In this document: positions 36,276-44,658 of the stretch, in pieces
Layout: the number at the start of each line of letters is the position of its first letter
Numbering within the stretch: the first letter of the stretch is position 1
Assembly: GCA_964597415.1 (NCBI GenBank)
Contig: CAZQYO010000001.1
Span: forward strand, 1 to 53,911
Source of the DNA: an uncultured Chitinophaga sp.
GTDB lineage: Bacteria; Bacteroidota; Bacteroidia; Chitinophagales; LD1
DNA length: 53,911 nt
Direction of reading: 5' to 3'
Program-made: the position numbers and the translations under genes
Notes under the pieces: model-generated
Told to the model about the DNA's origin: nothing
Database searches by the model: none
What the model saw: the letters and a program-made list of their open reading frames with translations, nothing else

Positions 36276-37193
36276 TTAATTATTGCGCTTTGCCACTTGG
36301 AGGTAATGTCCTCCCCACCATCCGGCTAATAAGCCACCGCTTACTAAATGCCAAAGTCCCCAGCAAGCGGCAACTAAGGCCATGCCCCCCATACCGTTGA
36401 AGAAACTGAAAATGAGAATTAGTCCCAGACCGCTGTTTTGCACTCCGGTTTCAAATGTGATGGTTTTTATATCTGCAGCCGATAACCGTAGCAGCCGTGC
36501 AAAGGTGTAGCCGCTGCCCAAAGCCAAGGTATTGTGAAGAATCACTATCGGCAGAATAAAACTCATAGTGCTCAGAAAAACTTTAGCATTAGCCACAAAG
36601 GCGGCTACCAAAAAAAATCCAAAGGCGGCTAAAGAGAATTTTTTCATAAAGGGGGTAATGCGTGCCGCTATCTGAGGGCGGTATTGGTTCAATAACATTC
36701 CCGCGCAAAGAGGCAGGATGATCACTAAGATAACCGTTTGAAAAACTTCAGAAAAGTTGAGGTGAATTTCGCGTAGTAGTGCCGCAGCAGGGGCATATCG
36801 GCTACCGTAAACCGAAAAGTTGAGTGGAGTGAGCACAATGGCCATAAGGTGCGAAACCGAGGTAATGCTAACCGCCAGGGCGGTATTGCCTTTGGCCAAG
36901 TGAGTAAAGTAATTACTCATGTTGCCACCCGGGCAAGCACCTACTAATATCATTCCTAATGCAATGGAAGCAGGCGGGTGAATAATTTTTACGAGTAAAA
37001 AAGTAATCATCGGAAGAATAATGAAATGTGAGCTGAGTGCCGCCAAGGCACTTTTTTTGTTTTGCAGCAACGCACTAAAATCTTCTTTGCGCAGTTCGAG
37101 GGCAATACCGAATAGAATAAGTGCCAGAATAACATTGAGAGCCATGAGGCTGCCCGGGCTAAAGTGGATGTGAATATTATCGAGTTGGTCCAT
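36276..37193 (-). CDS. Bile acid:sodium symporter (BASS) family transporter
   Basis: 305 aa and polytopic, with the motif GACPGGNMSNYFTHLAKGNTALAVS typical of BASS/SBF. Confidence 0.85.
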   Translation of the reverse strand: MDQLDNIHIHFSPGSLMALNVILALILFGIALELRKEDFSALLQNKKSALAALSSHFIILPMITFLLVKIIHPPASIALGMILVGACPGGNMSNYFTHLAKGNTALAVSITSVSHLMAIVLTPLNFSVYGSRYAPAAALLREIHLNFSEVFQTVILVIILPLCAGMLLNQYRPQIAARITPFMKKFSLAAFGFFLVAAFVANAKVFLSTMSFILPIVILHNTLALGSGYTFARLLRLSAADIKTITFETGVQNSGLGLILIFSFFNGMGGMALVAACWGLWHLVSGGLLAGWWGGHYLQVAKRNN

Positions 37194-37500
37194 CTTAATT
37201 ATCCTTAGAGAGAAGTTTGCTTATGGCTATGAAATTTGTGCGGTCATAAATCAATAGTCAGCCGGTTTCGCAAACGCTTTACAATTCATGTCTTCACACT
37301 ATCTCTCAGCCGTAAATTAATTATCCTCGTTTCGACAAATAAATACTCCTTGTTGCCTCCTTCATCTGCCGGATAATAACATCTTTATTGCAGCAACGGT
37401 TATGCGTCTTATAAGTGTTGGTAGTTACTGTTTGCCAAAGAAAGATGCTGTGAAGTATAGCACTTGTCAAATGAAGTTATAAAATTTGCGGAGTTAACAA

Positions 37501-37573
37501 GCCGATGTAGCTCAGTTGGTAGAGTAGCGCATTCGTAATGCGTTGGTCGCGGGTTCGAGTCCCACCATCGGCT
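37501..37573 (+). tRNA. tRNA-Thr (anticodon CGT)
   Basis: A hand-folded cloverleaf. The acceptor stem is GCCGATG/CATCGGC, the D arm is GCTC-AGTTGGTA-GAGT, and the anticodon stem GCGCA/TGCGT carries the loop TTCGTAA. The T arm has a TTCGAGT loop and one C-A mismatch in the stem. CCA is not encoded. Confidence 0.9.
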
Positions 37574-37619
37574 CTGAGTTGTTGTTCCGCCTTCTTAAAA
37601 TAGAGAGGGAACATTTGTT

Positions 37620-38321
37620 TTAAGCCCCCAACAAAAAAATGCAATAACGCTTATGCAACAGGGGGAGTTGCGACTTCCACTCCTTAATGGTTTTGGTGCG
37701 GATAAATTGTGTAGGTAAAGTGAGATCACAGGCAATGCACAAATTCGTTTCATCGCTGCAATGCTTCAGCAATTCTTCTAATAGTTTTTGATTGCGGAAA
37801 GGCGTTTCCATAAATAGCTGTGTGGCAGTGCGGGTGGCATTTTCCAGTTGCTTTATTTTTTTGCTCCGCTCCGGTTCTTTAATAGGCAAGTAACCGTGAA
37901 ATGAAAACTGCTGTCCGTTAAACCCCGAAGCGATTAAAGCCAGCAATATAGACGAAGGTCCTACTAAGGGAATTACCTCAATATTTTTGCGATGGGCAAA
38001 AGCTACTATTTCATTTCCCGGGTCAGCAATGCAGGGGTTCCCCGCTTCGGAAATAATGCCGCAGTCGGTTCCGCGCAGCACATTTTCTAATAATTGCTGA
38101 CAGTTCTGTTTGGCGGCATGTTTATCTAATTCGTGTAAAGTAACTTCCGTATCAAAATCTTTTTGATAGCCGATGGCGCGCAGATATCTTCTGGCGCTGC
38201 GAAGGTCTTCCACAATAAACTCACTTAATCCCGCGACTGTCTTTTTTACCTGATCGGTGATGATGTCGGGGTTGTTCTCTCCCAGAAACGAGGGTATCAG
38301 ATATATCTTTCCGAAAGGCAT
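37620..38321 (-). CDS. SAM-dependent methyltransferase, tetrapyrrole-methylase (RsmI-like) superfamily
   Basis: 233 aa with the blocks ISEAGNPCIADPG and PLVGPSSILLAL, characteristic of the TP_methylase fold. Confidence 0.8.
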   Translation of the reverse strand: MPFGKIYLIPSFLGENNPDIITDQVKKTVAGLSEFIVEDLRSARRYLRAIGYQKDFDTEVTLHELDKHAAKQNCQQLLENVLRGTDCGIISEAGNPCIADPGNEIVAFAHRKNIEVIPLVGPSSILLALIASGFNGQQFSFHGYLPIKEPERSKKIKQLENATRTATQLFMETPFRNQKLLEELLKHCSDETNLCIACDLTLPTQFIRTKTIKEWKSQLPLLHKRYCIFLLGA

Positions 38322-38330
38322 TTTTGATTT

Positions 38331-40592
38331 TTAAAAACCAGGATTGAACAGGGCTTCTTTTTTTTTAATAGAATCAAGAGCAGCACAATCAAACACAACA
38401 TTCAGGTTAGAAGAATCGGAAGGCAAACTGAAATCGCCTTGGCCTACTTGTAATATCCTATCATTGAAAACACTTTTCAGAAATTGCCCCACAATAGGCA
38501 TGGCGGCAGTAGCTCCCGCTCCTGTACTGTTTGAAGCAAAGTGAACACTTGGCTGCTCAAAACCCACCCAAGAACCTACTACTATGTCGGGGTTGAAGCA
38601 CATAAACCAAGCATCGGCATTGCTTTGGGTGGTACCTGTTTTTCCTGCCAGCGGCATCTGCAATCCAAAACGGGAGCGCAACCTGGCACCAGTGCCTTTA
38701 TTAATAACTCCCTTCAGCATTTCAGTGGTGATATACGCGGTCTTTTCGGGAATGGCTTCCTTGTGAACTTCACTAAAGTTGGCGAGTACATTGCCCTCTT
38801 TGTCTTCAATTTTTTTGATGAAGAAGGGCTTGCTGTAAGTGCCTAAGTTGGCAAAGGCGGTGTAAGCGCCTACCATTTCATAAAGGGAAATATCAGATAC
38901 CCCTAAACAAAGAGCCGGCACGGGGTCTAAGGGACTCTCAATTTCTAATCTTCGTGCAAAAGCCACTAATTCCTGAGGGGTAACCATAGAGCTGATTATG
39001 TTGGCGGTAATCCGGTTATCAGAATACCAAAGCCCATCTTCCATCGGTACAATTTCTCCTTCTTTCCAACGGTTGGTTCCTTCGGGATCCCAGTTGGCAT
39101 CGTTGCCTTCAAACTTAGGAGGCAAATAGGAGATAGGTGTGCAAGGAGAATAACCTTTGTCAATAGCCGAAGCATACACAAAGGGTTTCATGGTAGAACC
39201 CACCTGCCGCTTGGTAGATTTCTTTACGTGGTCTAACTGAAAGTAACGAATGTTGGGGCCGCCTATCCAGGCTTTTATTTCTCCGGTCTTTGCATCTACG
39301 GCTAAGAAACCCACTTGAATAATTTGCAGGTAATAGCGCAGCGAATCCAAGGGACTCATCATGGTATCTATACTATACGATTTGTCGCCATGCCAACTGA
39401 ACACCGTCATTTCTACTTTCGTTTCAAAAGCCTTTTTGATGGCGGCATCCGATTTTTTTTCCGCTTTCATTCCTAAGTAGCGGTCGCTTTGCTGCATCAT
39501 TTTATCTAACAAATCAGGCTTGGCGCGAATGCCGTATTTCCACGGGTCGCGTCCCCGCCATTCTTTAAAGTAGGCATCCTGCAAGTATTTTAAATGTTCT
39601 GCTGTGGCATCCTCCGCATATTTTTGCATGCGCGAATCAATCGTGGTGTAAACCTTTAATCCATCTTCATAAATATTCCATTTTTCGCCTCCCGGTTTGG
39701 GATGTTTATCGCACCAGTTTTGCAATTCTTGCCGTAGGTATTCGCGGATGTAAGTGCCGCTTCCCTCTCTGAAATCAGGATTGTGAAAATTGAGTTTGAT
39801 AGGCTGTGTAGAGAGGGAATCATACATTGCTTTAGAGAGGTCGTTTCCTTCCACCATTCGGTGTAAAACCAAGTTGCGCCTTTCGGCAGCGCGCTTGGGG
39901 TGCAGGCGCGGATTGTAATAGGAAGGGCCGTTTAACATGCCTACCAGCATTGCTGCTTCTTCCGGATTTAACTCTTTGGGGGTTTTATAGAAATAAGTAA
40001 ACGCGGCTGTTTTGATGCCGTACGAATTGTACCCAAAGCCGATGGTGTTGAAATACAGGCTGATGATTTCTTCCTTTGTAAACGTTCGCTCCAATTTGGC
40101 AGCCAGCACCCATTCTTTAAGTTTCTGAACCACTCGCTTAATAGCGCCCGCTCGGTTGAAATCCTGATGAAAGAGATTTTTGGCCAACTGCTGCGTAAGC
40201 GTAGAGCCGCCACCGCCATCACGTCCCAATAAGCCGGTGAGTACTATGGCGCGAAACAAGCCTTTGAGATCAATGCCTGAATGGTTATAAAATCGTTTGT
40301 CTTCGGTGGTGACTAAGCCCTGCACTAAATAAGGAGAGAGATCATCGTACGAAACTTCTATCCGGTTTTCGGTGTAATACGAGCCGAGCACTTCAAAGTC
40401 GGAGGAATAGATGGTGGTAGAAACCGCATTTCGAGGATTTTGTATGGCCTCCAAATCGGGCATTTCTCCCAACAGACCATAATTGATACCGACAAAAAAT
40501 AGAATGCAAAGCAGTATCCCCGACCAAAGAATTATTTGGGTCCACTTAAACCACCACCAAAAATCTTGCGGCTTTATTTTTTTCTTCGCCAT
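38331..40592 (-). CDS. mrcA: Penicillin-binding protein 1A (bifunctional transglycosylase/transpeptidase)
   Basis: 753 aa with an N-terminal TM segment. The GT51 motifs are EDKRFYNHSGID and GGSTLTQQLAKN. The transpeptidase motifs are STMKPF, SDN and KTGTT. Confidence 0.9.
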   Translation of the reverse strand: MAKKKIKPQDFWWWFKWTQIILWSGILLCILFFVGINYGLLGEMPDLEAIQNPRNAVSTTIYSSDFEVLGSYYTENRIEVSYDDLSPYLVQGLVTTEDKRFYNHSGIDLKGLFRAIVLTGLLGRDGGGGSTLTQQLAKNLFHQDFNRAGAIKRVVQKLKEWVLAAKLERTFTKEEIISLYFNTIGFGYNSYGIKTAAFTYFYKTPKELNPEEAAMLVGMLNGPSYYNPRLHPKRAAERRNLVLHRMVEGNDLSKAMYDSLSTQPIKLNFHNPDFREGSGTYIREYLRQELQNWCDKHPKPGGEKWNIYEDGLKVYTTIDSRMQKYAEDATAEHLKYLQDAYFKEWRGRDPWKYGIRAKPDLLDKMMQQSDRYLGMKAEKKSDAAIKKAFETKVEMTVFSWHGDKSYSIDTMMSPLDSLRYYLQIIQVGFLAVDAKTGEIKAWIGGPNIRYFQLDHVKKSTKRQVGSTMKPFVYASAIDKGYSPCTPISYLPPKFEGNDANWDPEGTNRWKEGEIVPMEDGLWYSDNRITANIISSMVTPQELVAFARRLEIESPLDPVPALCLGVSDISLYEMVGAYTAFANLGTYSKPFFIKKIEDKEGNVLANFSEVHKEAIPEKTAYITTEMLKGVINKGTGARLRSRFGLQMPLAGKTGTTQSNADAWFMCFNPDIVVGSWVGFEQPSVHFASNSTGAGATAAMPIVGQFLKSVFNDRILQVGQGDFSLPSDSSNLNVVFDCAALDSIKKKEALFNPGF

Positions 40593-40709
40593 GTATAAAG
40601 GACTTGCTTATGCTATTTGCGAATTTATCAGCAAGCGGAATTATAAACATGTAATGGCAGAAATCATTATAACCGCCAACCGCTGAGTGAACAGAGAAAA
40701 AGACAGGAA

Positions 40710-41309
40710 TCAGATACCTTTTGTGTTGGCGTATTCTTCTAATGCGCGATAAAAATCTTCTCCATACTTTCGGATAATAGCCTCTTTAAGAAAGCGAAAA
40801 ACCGGCATCTTGAGCGACTTCCCCAGCTTGCAGGCGGCTTTGCAAATGTACCACCGCTCGTAGTTCACCATATCGAAGCCCGTTTTCTTTTGTTTTGTAA
40901 TGCGGATGGGATACAGATGGCAGGAGATGGGTTTCTTCCAGTCTATCACGCCATCTAAATACGCTTTTTCGATACCGCAAATCACTACTCCATTTTTGTC
41001 GTAGTTCATCCAGGCGCAACCGCCTTTTTTCATCAGTGGGGTGTTGAACTTTTCGGCTTCCTCTGTCCGTATCCAAGGGCCTTGTTTTTCAATAGCAGCG
41101 ATGCCTTCGGGCAATAAATAAGGCTTTACCTTTTCGTAGATCTCTTCTAATATTTTGGTCTCTTCCTCCTGGAGTGGAGCACCGAGTTCCCCTTCTACAC
41201 AGCAAGCTCCTTTGCAAACGTTCAAATCACATATAAACTGCTCTTCCACCACATCCTCGCTAATAATTATATCTCCAACAACAATCACCTTTTTCGTTTT
41301 ACTTCGCAA
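40710..41309 (-). CDS. DUF3109 family Cys-rich protein
   Basis: 199 aa. The N-terminal FICDLNVCKGACCVEGELGAPL pattern matches my memory of DUF3109, which is widespread in Bacteroidota. Confidence 0.7.
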   Translation of the reverse strand: MRSKTKKVIVVGDIIISEDVVEEQFICDLNVCKGACCVEGELGAPLQEEETKILEEIYEKVKPYLLPEGIAAIEKQGPWIRTEEAEKFNTPLMKKGGCAWMNYDKNGVVICGIEKAYLDGVIDWKKPISCHLYPIRITKQKKTGFDMVNYERWYICKAACKLGKSLKMPVFRFLKEAIIRKYGEDFYRALEEYANTKGI

Positions 41310-41310
41310 G

Positions 41311-42174
41311 ATGAAGAAATTATTTTACTTGCTATGGCTGCCGCTGTTAACGCTACCGGTAAGTGCGCAGTATCATTCTTTGCTTTGGAAAATATCGGGG
41401 AACGGATTATCAGCACCTTCTTATCTCTTTGGCAGTATGCACACGACTGACAGCCGCGTAAAAGCGATGAGTGACCGCGCCATTCCTTTCTTTAGTCAAA
41501 GTGCTGCATTTGCTATGGAAGTAGATCCGAAGCAAGCCCTTGACATGTCGCTACTCAGCAAGCTGATGATGGGGAAAAATTACAGCCTCAAAAAGATGAT
41601 TCCGCAGGCAGCGTATTTGTTGTTAGATTCTGTTATTAGAGATCAAACCGGTTTTTCTATGGGTCTGTTAGATAACATGGCTCCTGTTTTTATCATGACC
41701 ATTTTTGAAACAGCCGCAATGGGTTTGACCGATTCGCTGACCTGCGAAGAGGATGTGCTGGACTTATATCTGTATCAGTTGGCAACCGACCATCATAAAA
41801 TAATTATTGGTATTGAAACGGCCGATGAACAACTAAGTGCCCTCAATTCACTTAACTATAATGAGCAGGCCGATATGCTGGTGCATGAAGTACATGAATA
41901 TGAAAGAAACCGGCAGGGAGCTACTGCGATGGTGCAGTTTTATCTCGAAGAGAATTTAGATAGCCTCGCCCGCGAAAACGAAGAAAATGAAATGCCCGCC
42001 AAATTCTACAAGGCCTTAGTCACCGACCGCAACAAAAGGATGGCCAACCGCATGAGTGATTTTATACGAAAGCAATCTACTTTTATTGCTATCGGAGCCT
42101 TACACCTTCCCGGAGAAAAGGGGGTGATAGAACTGCTGCGCAAAAAGGGGTTTGTGATAGAAGCTGTGCCATAA
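41311..42174 (+). CDS. TraB/GumN family protein
   Basis: It has a signal peptide (MKKLFYLLWLPLLTLPVSAQ), the motif YLFGSMHT near the N-terminus, and GALHLPGEKGV near the C-terminus. I prefer the ATG at 41311 over the ORF-track start at 41155. Confidence 0.8.
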   Translation: MKKLFYLLWLPLLTLPVSAQYHSLLWKISGNGLSAPSYLFGSMHTTDSRVKAMSDRAIPFFSQSAAFAMEVDPKQALDMSLLSKLMMGKNYSLKKMIPQAAYLLLDSVIRDQTGFSMGLLDNMAPVFIMTIFETAAMGLTDSLTCEEDVLDLYLYQLATDHHKIIIGIETADEQLSALNSLNYNEQADMLVHEVHEYERNRQGATAMVQFYLEENLDSLARENEENEMPAKFYKALVTDRNKRMANRMSDFIRKQSTFIAIGALHLPGEKGVIELLRKKGFVIEAVP

Positions 42175-42303
42175 AGCACATATAGAATTAATAGAACGCA
42201 GCAAATTTGCATCTGCTTACAGGACGATTTAATATCGTCCATTATCTACGGTTCGGGATGCGCTACACTAACATGGCGAACAGCGAAGTCTTCTGCTTCA
42301 TAC

Positions 42304-42657
42304 TCACCTTCCCCCCCCCCCCATCAACTCAATCGCCTCCTTTAAGGTTTGCACCTTCGTCTCTAAATCACTTTTCTGCTTTTCGAGTTCGGCAATGCGG
42401 GCTTGCAAAGGATTTTCGGCAACAGCAGAAAACTCCGGAGGCAATTGAGCACCCACTTCCGCAAAAAAGTTGTGTTTCAGCACATGGCTTAATCGCCAGA
42501 GGGTGCTTGCTTTTATGTCGGCTCTTTCTATGTATTTATTTACAGCACTTCGGTTTGTCCCCATCCAGTTAGCTACACCGCTTTTGTACTTGTGGTTGGT
42601 TTTAATGTAGTTATTAAGCATTTGGTCAATGTTGGGGGCTTTAGGAATGGGTATCAT
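42304..42657 (-). CDS. Small HTH-like protein with C-terminal coiled coil, ending in a poly-Gly tail
   Basis: 117 aa. The HTH-like segment is GVANWMGTNRSAVNKYI and the heptad-like segment is RIAELEKQKSDLETKVQTLKEAIEL. I am not sure of the family. Confidence 0.5.
   Translation of the reverse strand: MIPIPKAPNIDQMLNNYIKTNHKYKSGVANWMGTNRSAVNKYIERADIKASTLWRLSHVLKHNFFAEVGAQLPPEFSAVAENPLQARIAELEKQKSDLETKVQTLKEAIELMGGGGR
42311..42322. repeat. C12/G12 homopolymer tract
   Basis: I counted twelve consecutive C on the plus strand. They encode the terminal GGGG of the minus-strand ORF. Confidence 0.95.
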
Positions 42658-42783
42658 ACTATCTTATGGAGTTAAAATTTCTATCACAGAAATTTGGAAC
42701 CGGCACCCTTAATGGTTCAATTCGTAGATCGCCAAAGATGATGAACACCCATAATGGTTTCATCCGCAACCGGTAAAATAAAA

Positions 42784-44475
42784 CTACTCTTTCACCAGCT
42801 TGCGCACTACCAAAGGTTTGCCGTTCAGGCTTAGTTCCATCAGGTAAACTCCGGCACTGAGCAGTTGTATGGGTAGAGCGATGCGGTGTGTGCCGGAGTT
42901 TAGATGTCCGGCAGGGTAAGTATAAAGTAGTTGACCAATTACCGAGCGCAGTTGCACCTGAACAAAAGTCGGCTGCATTAAGTCAAACGTAAGGGCAGCC
43001 TCTTCCAAAGCGGGATTCGGCAGCAGCGATATTTTCTGTAACAAGTCGGTAGGCTCATGAATGCCGCTTATGCAACTTCCAATATAGTAGCGGCTTACTC
43101 CAAACATATTCACGGCTTCGCAAGCATTATTGTAGGTCACACTATCGCAACCGCAAACCGGAATAAAGGGCACAAAATCACAACAAATAGTAGGGTTGTT
43201 ACAGTTAATCAGTGTAGAATCAATGCAGGCATGAGTGATAAAAAGGGTATCGCAAAAATGATCGTAGCAGAGTTGGTTCAGGCTGTCTAAACTGCTTAAA
43301 AAAAGACACACCGTATAAGTGCCGTCTTGTGCATAAAAATGCACCGGGTTAGCGACCGTATCGCTTTGCCCGTCACCGAAGTTCCACTGATAGCTGAGTA
43401 TAGTAGCGGCAGCAGACTGATTGCTGAACCGGACGGAATCAATGTTCTTTTGATAGGAAAAACCTGCTTGGCATAAGCCCGACCCCTGTTGGTTTGTATC
43501 TGCTGCAGCCCTCAACACCTCAAAGCAGGTAAAGTCGGCTTCAAGCCCCTGCATACAAATAGAGGCACAAGTGCCGGGGGTATAATTATATGAAACAGTA
43601 TCTCCTAAATGCAGCACCGCACCGGATGGTAAACTGCAAGGCAGCAGCAGTGTGCCGGTTTGAAAGTCATCCACTAACAAACATTCTACCCCCTGAGCCA
43701 CCACTCCGATATAAATACAACTATCAGACGAAGGGAGTGCGCAAGCACCCGTGTTCCAAGCAGTAACTCCCGAATAATATGCCTGACAATCGTTTCCATA
43801 CGTTTTGCCATCGCAGCCACACACCGGGTCGTATAGCGCAATGCAGGGACAAGTGTCGCAAATCAGGGTGCTATCTATACACGAAGTAGAAGCCCCATAC
43901 TTCAGTTCCAGATGATCTACTTTAAATTCGGTGCGGGCGGCAATAATTCCGCAACCGCCATTCACCTTACCGCCTTGTATGGTTATTCTACAAGAATCAA
44001 AAGCCGTGGCATTATTTGAAATAGGAACCGACAAAAACTGATAGCCGGGTAAATAACCCGCTTGATGGTATTCCCAATAACCCTTATCTACCACAGTACT
44101 CCCGTTCAGTAACTCTACCTCTATCGAAATAGTATCCTGATCTACAAAGCCGCTATCGTTTACGCAAGGCGCAAAACTATATCGAACCCATGCGGTAAGA
44201 GCCACCGGATGAAAATGTACCGAAAAAGTAGTACTTGCTACAGCTTTAAACAAGCCGTTGGCATAAAAGTAAGCCGCATATTTACCACTGTAGCGATTGG
44301 TATCTTGCCGAACAATATATGGCTCCCAAGCAGGCAGAGTGAGTGGATGACTGTTCGTGTTCCAATCTATTAATACCGGCTGAGAGTCCCACTGCTCAAA
44401 ATCACTGTTGGGGATCTGTGCCTCAGTCATCCAAAAAGTAAGAAGCAGAAGGGGAAGAAGGAAAAGCTTTTTCAT
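42784..44475 (-). CDS. T9SS-sorted secreted protein with two Kazal-like domains and a PKD domain
   Basis: 563 aa with a signal peptide. The Kazal-like motifs are YDPVCGCDGKTYGNDCQA and IPVCGCDSVTYNNACEA. The PKD-like motif is WNFGDGQS...HFYAQDGTYTV. The C-terminal LLPNPALEEAAL...YLMEL is a T9SS CTD pattern. Confidence 0.8.
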   Translation of the reverse strand: MKKLFLLPLLLLTFWMTEAQIPNSDFEQWDSQPVLIDWNTNSHPLTLPAWEPYIVRQDTNRYSGKYAAYFYANGLFKAVASTTFSVHFHPVALTAWVRYSFAPCVNDSGFVDQDTISIEVELLNGSTVVDKGYWEYHQAGYLPGYQFLSVPISNNATAFDSCRITIQGGKVNGGCGIIAARTEFKVDHLELKYGASTSCIDSTLICDTCPCIALYDPVCGCDGKTYGNDCQAYYSGVTAWNTGACALPSSDSCIYIGVVAQGVECLLVDDFQTGTLLLPCSLPSGAVLHLGDTVSYNYTPGTCASICMQGLEADFTCFEVLRAAADTNQQGSGLCQAGFSYQKNIDSVRFSNQSAAATILSYQWNFGDGQSDTVANPVHFYAQDGTYTVCLFLSSLDSLNQLCYDHFCDTLFITHACIDSTLINCNNPTICCDFVPFIPVCGCDSVTYNNACEAVNMFGVSRYYIGSCISGIHEPTDLLQKISLLPNPALEEAALTFDLMQPTFVQVQLRSVIGQLLYTYPAGHLNSGTHRIALPIQLLSAGVYLMELSLNGKPLVVRKLVKE

Positions 44476-44514
44476 GTCACAGGTCTTTAATTATACAGGC
44501 AGCTATATCTAAAA

Positions 44515-44604
44515 CGAAATAAAACTCTCTTCCGTTGCTTCGTGTTGAATTAAAGCTGCCGCCCCACCGAAATAAAACTTTCTATCCTTGCTTCGCGCTG
44601 AATT
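44515..44604. repeat. Two imperfect 37-bp direct repeats in a divergent intergenic region
   Basis: 44515-44551 and 44568-44604 match at 31 of 37 positions by hand alignment. Both begin CGAAATAAAACT and end TGAATT. Confidence 0.7.
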
Positions 44605-44617
44605 TTCACAGGAAGAA

Positions 44618-44625
44618 TATTTTTG
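44618..44625 (+). promoter_or_regulatory. Bacteroidota-type -7 promoter element (TAnnTTTG) upstream of trmB
   Basis: TATTTTTG matches the TAnnTTTG consensus exactly and lies 34 nt upstream of the ATG at 44659. I found no clean -33 TTG at canonical spacing. Confidence 0.3.
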
Positions 44626-44658
44626 CGCCTTCGACTACCCGAAGCAGAAAATAGATGG

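Noticed and set aside
42222-42240. Hairpin GGACGAT-TTAAT-ATCGTCC downstream of the TraB/GumN gene as a terminator.
   Set aside because: It is a perfect 7-bp stem, but no U-run follows on either strand, so I did not call it as an intrinsic terminator.
44623-44658. TTG start at 44623 for trmB, and other N-terminally extended ORF-track starts (41155 for the TraB/GumN gene, 19715 for idi, 48734 for asnS, 3880 for the pRiA4b-like gene).
   Set aside because: The extensions lack similarity to the family N-termini. They overlap upstream genes or a promoter box, and internal ATGs give canonical N-termini or signal peptides.
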